A DNA stretch of 64,000 bases from Terriglobia bacterium (GTDB taxonomy: Bacteria; Acidobacteriota; Terriglobia; 20CM-2-55-15): the NCBI GenBank assembly GCA_963555775.3, contig CAUVWY020000005.1:332855-396854 (forward strand), given 5' to 3'. A program made the translations under genes and the position numbers. Positions 33,457-42,800 of this stretch are shown here, piece after piece; position 1 is the stretch's first letter; every line of letters begins with the position of its first letter. The notes under the pieces are model-generated. The model did no database searches. It saw only the letters and a program-made list of their open reading frames with translations, and had not been told where the DNA came from.

Positions 33457-34656
33457 TTGGGAAGGCTGACGGTCGCTAAGGCAAAATCAATCCAAAAACC
33501 GGGCATACACGGCGATGGCGCCACATTGTTTTTGCGCGTCGCGGCCGACGGATAGAAGAGCTGGGTGCAGCGACTGACCATTGACGCCAAGCGCCGCGAC
33601 ATTGGTCTTGGGGGTTTTCCGCTGGTGAGTCTGGCAGAGGCGCGGGAGGCCGCATTCCGGAATCGCAAGCTCGCGCGAACCGGCGGCGATCCGCTGGCCG
33701 AGAAACGCAAGGCGAAGACGCCAACGTTTCGACAGGCCATTGACAAGACCCATGAGACGCTCAAGCCGCGCTGGCGCAATGACCACCACGCGATTTCCTG
33801 GATACAAACACTTCAACGTCACGCCTTCCCAGTATTGGGAGATATGCCTGTAGACCGGATCGGCCGGGAGGATGTCCTGCGCGTCCTGACGCCGATCTGG
33901 GGCACCCGCATGGAAACCGCTGGCCGCGTTCGGCAGCGTATTCGAACCGTCTTGCGGTGGTGCGAGGCTCACGGCTATATCGATCGTAACGTCGCCGGTG
34001 ATGCGATCAGCGGCGCACTACCCGCCATGCCTGCCGTTAGGGATCACTTTCAGGCGCTCCCCTATCAGGATGTCAGCGCGGCGCTCGAAACCGTGGAAGC
34101 GTCCGGGGCGTCCATGTCCGCAAAACTGTGCCTTCGGTTTTTGGTACTGACGGCGGCACGATCCGGCGAGGCGCGATCGGCGCACTGGGACGAGATCCAC
34201 ATCGATCAAGCCATGTGGACGATCCCGGCAACGCGCATGAAGTCCCAGCGAGAGCATCGCGTGCCGCTCAGCGATGCCGTGCTCGGCGTGCTCGAACAAG
34301 CGCAGGCACTCAATGATGGTTCCGACTTGGTCTTCCCGTCACCGCTGAGGCGGAGAAAGCCGCTGAGCAACGTGACATTGACAAAGGTGCTGAGGGATCG
34401 AGGTCTCGCGGACAAGGCGACCGTACACGGATTCAGATCGAGCTTCAGGGATTGGTGCGCCGAGACGGGCAAGCCGCTCGAGATTGCCGAGGCGGCTTTG
34501 GCGCACGTTGTCGGCGGCGTCGAGGGGGCTTACTTCCGTTCCGATTTGTTTGTGAAGCGCCGCCGGTTGATGGACCAGTGGGGCGCTTTCCTGACCGGTG
34601 CAACCAGGGACAATCCAAGAAACCAAGTGCGGTACAGACGTGATTCCGTCGCCTAA
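33457..34656 (+). pseudogene. P4-like tyrosine integrase with premature TAG at 33553-33555
   Basis: TTG-GRLTVAKAKSIQKPGIHGDGATLFLRVAADG*KSWVQR arm-binding domain; LTAARSGE, HRVPL, HGFRSSFRDW, LAH and AY catalytic motifs. Confidence 0.85.
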
Positions 34657-34808
34657 GCATACGAGTGGGCAGACTCGATGGCCACGCGGAGCGCCTTCGG
34701 CGTAGCTTGGGCCTTGAATTCGGCGACGATGCGGCCGACCGGTGCGCGCCACTCGAGATTGGGATCACCTGACACTGCCGCCTCCCGCGCCGGCAACGAT
34801 CTCAACGC

Positions 34809-34908
34809 TCACCTCTTCCACCATTTGATGAAACTGGTCCACAAGTTCTCCCTACTTGGTTTTCCGGTGATCTCCTCAGCTTCACGCTTCTTCGTCGCAC
34901 TAGCTAGT
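34809..34908 (-). pseudogene. 3' fragment of the DUF6527 gene cut off by IS1380
   Basis: Reads LASATKKREAEEITGKPSRENLWTSFIKWWKR* in frame with ...QRRELA once the IS and one GCTAGT copy are removed. Confidence 0.8.
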
Positions 34909-36760
34909 CCCTGAATAAGCGCGATTGAGGAAGTATCGATAGTGAAAAAGTAGCGGAAGTACCCGAAATGTCCCCGTCCCGTGCGAAAAGGAATTTGCAG
35001 AATCCTGACGGAAAATGAGGCATTTCGGATGAACGATTATACGCGCAAGAACATGAGGAATCGCAAGCGGCGAATCGAGCGTCGGCTTGGAGAGCGGCAT
35101 TGGAAGGATCAGTCGGCACCGATGTTTTCGGCGAGTAACATGCACTATGAGATGGGCAAGCGGACGCGGGGGACGGCGGTGGGCGGTCTTGGGGCGATGC
35201 ATCGGGTGGCGCGGCAGACGGGTCTGATCGAGGCCATCGACGCGCGGGTGGATGTGCTGAAGCGGCATCTGCCGTATCACGAGTCGGATCACGTGTTGAA
35301 CATCGCCTACAACGCGTTGACGGGAGGGACGTGTCTGGAAGACATCGAGTTGCGGCGCAACGACGAAGTGTATTTGGATGCGCTGGGAGCGCAGCGGATA
35401 CCGGACCCGACCACGGCGGGCGACTTCTGCCGGCGATTCGAGCCCGGCGACGTGGAGAACCTGATGGAGGCGGCGAATGAAGTGCGGCTGAATGTGTGGC
35501 GGCAGCAACCGGCCGGTTTTTTCGACGAGGCGGTGTTGGACGCGGATGGGACCCTGGCGCCGACCAGCGGGGAATGCAAGGAAGGGATGGATATCGCCTA
35601 CGACGGGACATGGGGCTATCACCCGTTGTTGATTTCACTGGCGAACACCGCCGAGCCGTTATACCTGGTGAACCGGAGCGGCAACCGGCCCTCGCATGAA
35701 GGCGCGGCCCCGCGGTTCGATCAGGCGATCGGGTTGTGCCAGCGCGCCGGGTTCCATCGGATCCTGCTGCGCGGGGACACCGACTTCAGCCAGACCCGGC
35801 ATCTGGATGGATGGGACGGCCAGGGCGTGGACTTCATCTTCGGTATCGACGCGAGGGCGAACCTGGTGGCGCGGGCCGATGCGCTGGAGCCGGACTGCTG
35901 GGCAGTTCTGGAGCGTGAGGCCAGATACGAGGTGGCCACCCAGCCCCGCCAGCGTCCCGACAAGGTCAAGGAACGGATCGTTCGGGAACGCGGTTTCAAG
36001 AACGTTCGCTTGCGGGGCGAAGACGTGGCCGAGTTCGCCTACCGGCCCGGCGCCTGTAAGCGGGACTACCGCGTCGTGGTGGTGCGGAAGAATCTGTCGG
36101 AGGCCAAAGGGGAGTGGGTGTTGTTCGACAAGATCCGGTACTTCTTCTACATCACGAACCGTGCCGGTCCCGCCGACCGGATCGTGAAGCGCGCGAATCA
36201 ACGGTGCAATCAGGAGAATCTCATCGAGCAACTCAAGAACGGCGTCCGGGCCTTGAAAATGCCGGTGGGCGACCGGACCGGCAACTGGGCCTACATGGTG
36301 ATGGCGTCGCTGGCCTGGACCCTGAAGGCGTGGTTTGCGCTGCTGCTTCCCGAAACCGGACGCTGGGCCCCGAAGTATCGGGCCGAGAAGCAGACCGTTC
36401 TACGCATGGAGTTCAAGACGTTCCTGAACGCCTTCATCCTCCTGCCGTGCCAACTCGTGCGTACCGGCCGGCGCATCGTCTTCCGGCTCATGGCCTGGAA
36501 CCCGTGGCTGTCCGTCTTGTTCCGTGCCGTGGATGTGTTGCGTCGTCCCCTGCGATGCTGACCCGATCATGGATCTGAGCCCGGGCGGTCGAGGTCCCGG
36601 TTGCTGTCAACCCTTCAAACAGACACGGCGAGGCCCCCACTGGAACAGACGCAACTCGAACCGGAGGCCGGGACAAAACGATCCCGGAACGGAAGGTTAT
36701 GCCTCCAACTTTATGGCTGGGAACCGGCCGTTCGCCATCTGGTTATGCGCTTGTTTTGGG
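34909..36760 (+). mobile_element. IS1380-family insertion sequence
   Basis: Imperfect IRs CCCTGAATAAGCGC / CCCAAAACAAGCGC; GCTAGT directly repeated at 34903-34908 and 36761-36766. Confidence 0.85.
34981..36561 (+). CDS. IS1380-family DDE transposase
   Basis: HLPYHESDHVL, RIPDPTTAGDFCRRF, LDADGT, LRGDTDF, RCNQENLIEQLK. Confidence 0.9.
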   Translation: MRKGICRILTENEAFRMNDYTRKNMRNRKRRIERRLGERHWKDQSAPMFSASNMHYEMGKRTRGTAVGGLGAMHRVARQTGLIEAIDARVDVLKRHLPYHESDHVLNIAYNALTGGTCLEDIELRRNDEVYLDALGAQRIPDPTTAGDFCRRFEPGDVENLMEAANEVRLNVWRQQPAGFFDEAVLDADGTLAPTSGECKEGMDIAYDGTWGYHPLLISLANTAEPLYLVNRSGNRPSHEGAAPRFDQAIGLCQRAGFHRILLRGDTDFSQTRHLDGWDGQGVDFIFGIDARANLVARADALEPDCWAVLEREARYEVATQPRQRPDKVKERIVRERGFKNVRLRGEDVAEFAYRPGACKRDYRVVVVRKNLSEAKGEWVLFDKIRYFFYITNRAGPADRIVKRANQRCNQENLIEQLKNGVRALKMPVGDRTGNWAYMVMASLAWTLKAWFALLLPETGRWAPKYRAEKQTVLRMEFKTFLNAFILLPCQLVRTGRRIVFRLMAWNPWLSVLFRAVDVLRRPLRC

Positions 36761-37092
36761 GCTAGTTCCCGTCTCTGAGCCTGTTCCGTTGCCCACTCCT
36801 GCATCGGCGCGCACCACCGGATTTCGTTTCGGCGGATCCAGTAGTGACTGCGACACTGTAGATTAGAGTTCCCTATTGACGGATCGAACGTCACGCTTTT
36901 GCCGTCATACTCGATCCGAAATCGGATTGGATCTAACATAAATTCTGAGAGTTCTCCGCATCCACAGGGGCACCGATGTACAACCGTCTTGTGCTTCATA
37001 CTGATGTACACAATTCCCGGTACCAACTCTTTTCCATCTGCCGGGATGTGCTCGACGAATTCCGGGGTCACCGACTTCAGCCGTCCTCTCAT
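36761..37092 (-). pseudogene. DUF6527-family gene, 5' part (interrupted by IS1380)
   Basis: PEFVEHIP...PGIVYIS....VHRCPCGCG...PSIGN..LQCRSHYWIRRNEIRWC. Confidence 0.85.
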
Positions 37093-37190
37093 GGTTGTTC
37101 TGTTTTCTTCAGTAGGTCGTTGTTTTCGACCCGGTATCGAATGAGCCAGTCCTTCTTCTCTTCTTCATACTGCTCTATGTGTCGCCGCCA
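37089..37190 (-). pseudogene. Possible C-terminal remnant of a ThiF/E1-like gene
   Basis: WRRHIEQYEEEKKDWLIRYRVENNDLLKKTEQP* overlaps the DUF6527 start (ATGA); W-x6-Y-x10-Y-x4-N-x-LL spacing recalls ThiF partners of DUF6527. Confidence 0.45.
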
Positions 37191-37372
37191 TGGGAGGTGT
37201 TCCCCATTCTTCGGACAGAAAATCCCGGTTCTTAAGGTGGATCGCTGCCGTTGAAATGGGTTGATATTTGGCCCGTCGCCGAGCCTGTGGTAACTGTGAA
37301 AAAGCCGAGTCTCCGAGGCTGTTTTCAAGCAGCGGTGGGAATCCGCGTCGTGTGCGGATTTCCACAGCTGCG

Positions 37373-38248
37373 TCAGTTTCCACAGGCCCCTGGCGCGCGC
37401 TGAAAGTAAACGGCCTCTGGTGTCCGATAATCGAATGCTTCGTGGCCGCGTTCCTGATTGTAAAACCTGAAATATAGGTTCAGGTTTGAGATCGCCTCGG
37501 GAACGCTCAAGTAGTCCTTCAGGTACACTTCCTCGTACTTCACCGTTCGCCATAAGCGCTCGACGAAGATGTTGTCCAGGAACCGGCCCCGGCCGTCCAT
37601 GCTGATCGTGATGCCGCGGTCTTCGAGCCGGCGCGTGAAGACATCGCTGGTGAACTGCGCGCCCTGATCCGAGTTGAAAATCTCGGGTTGCGCTTTCGTC
37701 AGCGCCCAGTCCAGTGCGGACACGCAAAACCCGCTGTCCATCGACGTGGACACTTCCCAGGCCAGCACGTACCGGCTGAACCAGTCCATGATCGCCACCA
37801 GATAGATGAATCCTTGCCGCAGTCGGATATACGTTATATCCGTGGCCCAAACCTGATCGGGACGCACAATCTCCAGATGGCGCAACCGGTACGGGTAAAT
37901 CCGGTGTCCCGGGGCCGGCATCGACAACCGCGGTTTGGGATAGATCGCGTCCAATCCCATTTGCCGGAGCAGTCGCCGAACCCGCTTCGCATTGACCGGC
38001 CGACCTTGCGTCGCCAACCACCAGGTCATCCGCCGAATCCCGTAATACGGGGTTCGCGTATACTGCTCGTCCAACAGACGCATCAGCGCGATGTTCTCGG
38101 CGCTCTCGCCCACCGGTGCGTAGTAGAGTCCCGATCGGGACACTCCGCTCAACCGGCACTGCTCCACGATGCTCAACTCGTCGTGATTGGATTCGATCCA
38201 TGGCCGTCGTTGCTCTAACGGGAAAGTCCCGACTTTTTTTTGAGCCAC
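37373..38248 (-). CDS. IS3 OrfB integrase-core transposase (made by -1 frameshift)
   Basis: WATDITYI, FNSDQGAQFTS, DNIFVERLWRTVKYE; A8G slippery run at 38233-38241. Confidence 0.92.
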   Translation of the reverse strand: MAQKKVGTFPLEQRRPWIESNHDELSIVEQCRLSGVSRSGLYYAPVGESAENIALMRLLDEQYTRTPYYGIRRMTWWLATQGRPVNAKRVRRLLRQMGLDAIYPKPRLSMPAPGHRIYPYRLRHLEIVRPDQVWATDITYIRLRQGFIYLVAIMDWFSRYVLAWEVSTSMDSGFCVSALDWALTKAQPEIFNSDQGAQFTSDVFTRRLEDRGITISMDGRGRFLDNIFVERLWRTVKYEEVYLKDYLSVPEAISNLNLYFRFYNQERGHEAFDYRTPEAVYFQRAPGACGN

Positions 38249-38508
38249 TCCACCTCGACCTGTAATCTCCCGATCTGTTGGTAGAGTTCGGCCTGCGCTT
38301 GCTCATCGGCTTCACTGGCCTGGGCCCGGCCATTGGAGAAGATCTCCGGTACGCCGTCGAGCACTTGCTTTTTCCACTTCGTCACCATGTTCGGGTGAAC
38401 TTCGTAGTGGGACGCGATCTCCTGGATCGTGCGCTGCCCTTTGACCGCTTCCACCGCGATCTTTGCCTTCAAATCCGCGCTGTACTGTTTCCGCCCTCGC
38501 TTCTTCAT
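38215..38508 (-). CDS. IS3 OrfA HTH protein
   Basis: RKQYSADLKAKIAVEA...WKKQ...LYQQIGRLQVEVEWLKKK. Confidence 0.92.
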   Translation of the reverse strand: MKKRGRKQYSADLKAKIAVEAVKGQRTIQEIASHYEVHPNMVTKWKKQVLDGVPEIFSNGRAQASEADEQAQAELYQQIGRLQVEVEWLKKKSGLSR

Positions 38509-38657
38509 CTGCCTCTCCCGAGGCAGCGATTTTACACCTTAGCGACCTGTCCGAATTTTGGGGATCCCTTCACCAGGCACGACCGCCCATATCGACATTC
38601 GGTGGAGAGTGTCTTCGACCTGTGCAAGGCCTTCAATGTCCGTTCTCGCGCTTTCAG

Positions 38658-39047
38658 CTAGCTTTGCGTCAACTCGACGGTACCATCCCCGAGGCCAAGA
38701 AACAGTGTGAGGCCTTGGTCGATGTTGGCAAGTTCGCCCGGGGACAACTGTCCGAAAATCCTCCGGATGCGGCGTTTGTCGATGGAACGGAGATGGTCCA
38801 CGAGGGCGCACGACTGTTTCGTGAGGCCACTGACTCCCGGGCTTAACGTGGGATACAGTGCGCCCGCTCCTTCGGTACCGGTGACCGGGACCACTGCAAT
38901 CAAGGGAAACCGCTGATCCTCATTCACGGTCGGATCGCTAACCGCGATGCAAGGGCGAAAACCACGTTGCTCGTGGCCGACGGTCGGATCAAGCTCAACG
39001 AGAACAACGGTGCCTCGCGCAAACTTCACGTCGGTTCTTTCAACCAA
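38658..39047 (-). CDS. PemK/MazF-family endoribonuclease toxin
   Basis: RG.VVLVELDPTVGHEQRGFRPC, VVPVT, DHLRSIDKRRI. Confidence 0.92.
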   Translation of the reverse strand: MVERTDVKFARGTVVLVELDPTVGHEQRGFRPCIAVSDPTVNEDQRFPLIAVVPVTGTEGAGALYPTLSPGVSGLTKQSCALVDHLRSIDKRRIRRIFGQLSPGELANIDQGLTLFLGLGDGTVELTQS

Positions 39048-39331
39048 CCGCGGTCTTCAATCCAGCGGACGGCGGTTCCGCCTCTTGCATCGACGAGGCC
39101 CTCATCATCGTTGGGCAGGTCCGAAGTCCAGTCGGCCAAGCCTATGTCGGCGAGTTCGATGATCTCTGGATGTGGGCTGCTGAGCGACTGGAGGAGGGCA
39201 TCGCGCTGCCGCCGGGCCAACTCGTGCTGGACAGCTTCGGCGATGAAGCGGCTACGATTCCGAGCAAGCCGATCGATCCCCTCGACGAGGTCGCCGGAAA
39301 GCGTGATGGTGACGCGAGCACTATTACTCAC
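39026..39331 (-). CDS. Ribbon-helix-helix antitoxin
   Basis: RVTITLSGDLVEGIDR..RNRSRFIAEAV; overlaps the toxin start. Confidence 0.85.
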   Translation of the reverse strand: MSNSARVTITLSGDLVEGIDRLARNRSRFIAEAVQHELARRQRDALLQSLSSPHPEIIELADIGLADWTSDLPNDDEGLVDARGGTAVRWIEDRGWLKEPT

Positions 39332-39337
39332 CCAAGA

Positions 39338-39366
39338 AGTATGATTCAAAGTATGATCATACTCAA
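39338..39366 (-). promoter_or_regulatory. TA promoter/operator
   Basis: TTGAGT-17-CATACT overlapped by palindrome AGTATGATCATACT and a repeated AGTATGAT. Confidence 0.65.
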
Positions 39367-39529
39367 CAGGCAATACCTTGAGACGTTGTTGTCAAGTGGA
39401 ACTCACTCCTCCCGTAAAGCGCATCTTTCTGTTCGAGAATATCGTGGACCTTCTCCTCACTTGCAATTTTTAGGGACCGGAATCGTCCGGGTGGTGTAGA
39501 AGCTGGTGGAAGGTGAGTGCGCCATCGGG

Positions 39530-39640
39530 ATGGGACGGAAGCGACAGCGTCAGGAGACGTTGTGGGTGGCGACCGAGGAGTTGCCGCGGCGGAAGGAACA
39601 CGTGTTCTACGACCGCGTGAACCGGATACTGGAAGAATAG
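39530..39640 (+). pseudogene. N-terminal remnant of an IS1182/IS5-like transposase
   Basis: MGRKRQRQETLWVATEELPRRKEHVFYDRVNRILEE* resembles the W.AT..LP....H.FY..LN..L start of such transposases. Confidence 0.55.
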
Positions 39641-39847
39641 TGTAAAGCAGCACAGCCCATGAGACGGCGAAAAAAGAGAGTAATCATCAAGTATGGCCGA
39701 GAATTCCCTTTTCGGCGCAGGTCGGAAGCCGAGTATCCCTGAAGGGGCACTTCGACGTGCCGGTGATCCTCGAGGATGTACGACCCCTCGGTACGGATGG
39801 GTCCGCGGGCTACGACTGCCAAGTCCGCCTGCCCGGCGGCGCACACG

Positions 39848-42800
39848 ATGACGAGCTTATCTCCTCACGAGGAAGCCGCTTCGAAATTTTCTCACCTTAA
39901 CTGCATCTCGCTGGACCTCGAGGTCGGCAAGGCGGACAGCCGGATTCACGCCTTTGCCGGAGTGCGCCCGGATACCGGCCGGCGCTTTGTGTTTACCGGT
40001 GGCAACGTGGCGGCGGCGTTGGCGAAACTGGACGACCTCGCCAATGGGGCGTCCTTTGTTCTGGGCCACAACCTGATCGCCTTCGATCTACCGCATCTGA
40101 GGGCGGCGAAGCCCGATTTGCGGCTGCTGACACTCCCGACTATCGATACGTTGCGTCTCAGTCCCCTCGCCTTTCCCCGCAATCCCTATCACCACCTCGT
40201 CAAGCACTACAAGGACGGCGGGCTCAAACGCGGACAACTGAACGACCCGGAACTCGACGCCCGTCTCGCTCTGACGGTCTTCGGCGATCAGCGGCAAGCG
40301 CTGCGGGAAGCCGCGCCGGACCTGCTGGCGGCGTGGCATTGGCTGAGCACGCCGGAGCCGGAGGGCAAGGAGCGCGCCCTCGACGATCTCTTCTCCGAGC
40401 TTCGTGCCTCGCGCCGCCCCTCGGACACCGAAGCCCTCGCCGCGATCGGCAAGCGGCTTGAAGGCACCGCCTGCGCCGCCCAAGGCCGTCAGATCGCGGC
40501 GGAAGCCCGGGCCTACGGGTGGTCGCTGTCCTATGCGCTTGCATGGCTGTCGGTGGCGGGCGGCAATTCGGTCATGCCGCCGTGGGTGGGTCACCAGTTC
40601 CCGGAGGCGGGCCGCCTGGTGCGTCGGCTCAGAGACACCGCCTGCGCCGATTCCGCCTGCGGCTGGTGCCGGGAACGCCACGATGCGCCGAAGGAGCTCA
40701 GGCGCTGGTTCGGCTTCAGCGATTTTCGCCCGGAACCAGCAGGCGTCGACGGGCGCCCCATGCAACGGTCCATCGTCGAGGCTGCAATGGCGGGAGAACA
40801 CGTTCTCGGAATTTTGCCCACCGGTACGGGCAAATCACTCTGCTATCAGATTCCGGCCCTGTCGCGTTACGACAAGACGGGCGCGCTGACGGTGGTGATC
40901 TCACCCCTGGTAGCGCTGATGGCGGATCAGGTGGCGGGATTGGAAGCACGCGGTGTCGGCTCGTGTGTGACGATCAACGGGCTGTTGTCGATGCCCGAGC
41001 GGGCCGACGCGCTGGACCGTGTCCGGCTGGGCGACGCCGGCATTCTCATCATCTCTCCGGAACAACTTCGCTCCCGTTCCCTGCGCCGGGCGCTCGACCA
41101 GCGCGAGATCGGCGGCTGGGTGCTGGACGAGGCGCACTGCCTGTCGAGATGGGGCCACGCTTTCCGACCCGATTACCGCTACGTAGGCCGCTTCATCGGG
41201 GAGAGGGCGGGCTCGGGGCCGATGCCGCCGGTGTTGTGCCTGACCGCAACCGCGAAGCCGGACGTGACCGAGGACATCGCCTGTCATTTCCGGGACAGGC
41301 TCGGTATCGGGCTGACGGTTTTTGACGGCGGCGCCGAGCGTCCCAACCTGACGTTCGAGGTGGTCCCGACATCGGGAGGCGAGAAGTTCGCGCACATCCA
41401 CCAGATTTTTGCGTCGTACCTGCCACCAGAGATGCCGGGCGGCGCCATCGTCTATTGCGCGACGCGCCGTCAGAGCGAGGAGGTGGCGGAGTTCTTGCAG
41501 TTGAAAGGCGTAGCGGCGGAGCATTTTCACGCAGGCCTCCCGCCGGAGACGAAGAAGGATGTGCAGCACCGCTTCGTCGGCGGCGAGTTGCGCGCGATCG
41601 TGGCGACCAACGCCTTCGGCATGGGCATCGACAAGCCGGACGTGCGGCTGGTGGTCCACGCTGACATTCCGGGATCGCTGGAGAACTATCTTCAAGAGGC
41701 CGGGCGCGCCGGACGGGACCGCGCATCGGCTCGCTGCGTATTGCTTTACACGGCGGACGACGTGGAGCATCAGTTCGGCATGTCGGCCTACTCGCGCCTC
41801 ACGAGGGCCGAGATCCACGGCATCCTCAGAGCGCTGCGCAACCTCGACCGCAAGAAGCGCCTGGGCGGCGAGGTGGTGGCCACAGCAGGCGAGATACTCG
41901 GCGAGGACGAGGACAAGGCTTTTGAGCGCGACTCCGTCACGGACGATACCCGCGTGCGTACCGCCGTCGCCTGGTTGGAGGAGGCGGAGTTGCTGACCCG
42001 GGAAGAGAACGTGGTCCAGGTGTTCCCTTCATCTCTCCGGGTAAACTCGGTCGAAGAAGCCCGCGCGAAACTGGAGAGGAGATCCGTCGCGGCGACCTAT
42101 CGCGAACGGCTCCTGAGGATCACCGAGTCGCTGATGGAGGCCAGTGCCGACGAAGGCGTCACCACCGACGAGTTGATGGGCGTATCGGGACTGAGCTCCG
42201 AGGGCGTTCGCCGCGCGCTGTACGATTTGGAACGGCTGGGCATCGCCAGCAACGACACAGTTCTGACCGCGTTCGTCCACGCCGGCGTGGAGCGCGCCTC
42301 ACTCAAGCGTTTCGAACAGGCGGCGGAGTTGGAGACCGCCCTGATCGCTCACATGCGCGAAGCTGCGCCTGACCTGGGCAAGGGAGACACGTCATCGCTT
42401 CATCTGCGCGTCGCCTCGCAGGTCCTGCGGGACGAAGGTCTTGCCGATCCCCTGCCCGAGCGGTTGTGGCGCATTTTACGGAGCATCGCCTACGACGGCC
42501 GCGGAGAGGATGGCGCCGCGGGGAGCCTGACTGTGCGAAAGCAGGACGCGGAAACGGCGCGGGTGACGCTCCAGCGCGAGTGGCGCGCGTTGGAGGACAC
42601 CGCCCGGATCCGGCGTGAGGCGGCGTGGCGCTTGCTGAATCATCTGCTCGCCTGCCTCCCGGCCGGAAGCCGGGGCACGGATCTGCTGGCCGAGACCACG
42701 CTCGGCAAGCTGAACGAGGCGATTGAGTCCGATTTGATTCTAAAGGCAAAGGTCAGGAACTTTAGCAAGTTGCTGGACCGCGCCCTGCTATGGCTGCACG

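Larger units (their letters stand above)
37191..38572 (-). mobile_element. IS3-family insertion sequence
   Basis: TG...CA ends, IRs sharing TCCCC-x4-TTCGGACAG, CCA repeated at 37188-37190 and 38573-38575. Confidence 0.88.

Noticed and set aside
33553-33555. Pyrrolysine or selenocysteine recoding of the integrase stop
   Set aside because: The codon is TAG (tRNA-Sec reads UGA), no pyl genes are seen, and a single TCG>TAG mutation explains it
34777-34785. attR copy of the tmRNA 3' end (GCCGCCTCC)
   Set aside because: A 9-bp GC-rich match is expected by chance; the similar weak match near 47921 is also unconvincing
37089-38333. 414-aa ORF as a real gene
   Set aside because: Alternative frame through IS3; only its last 33 codons outside the IS are considered meaningful
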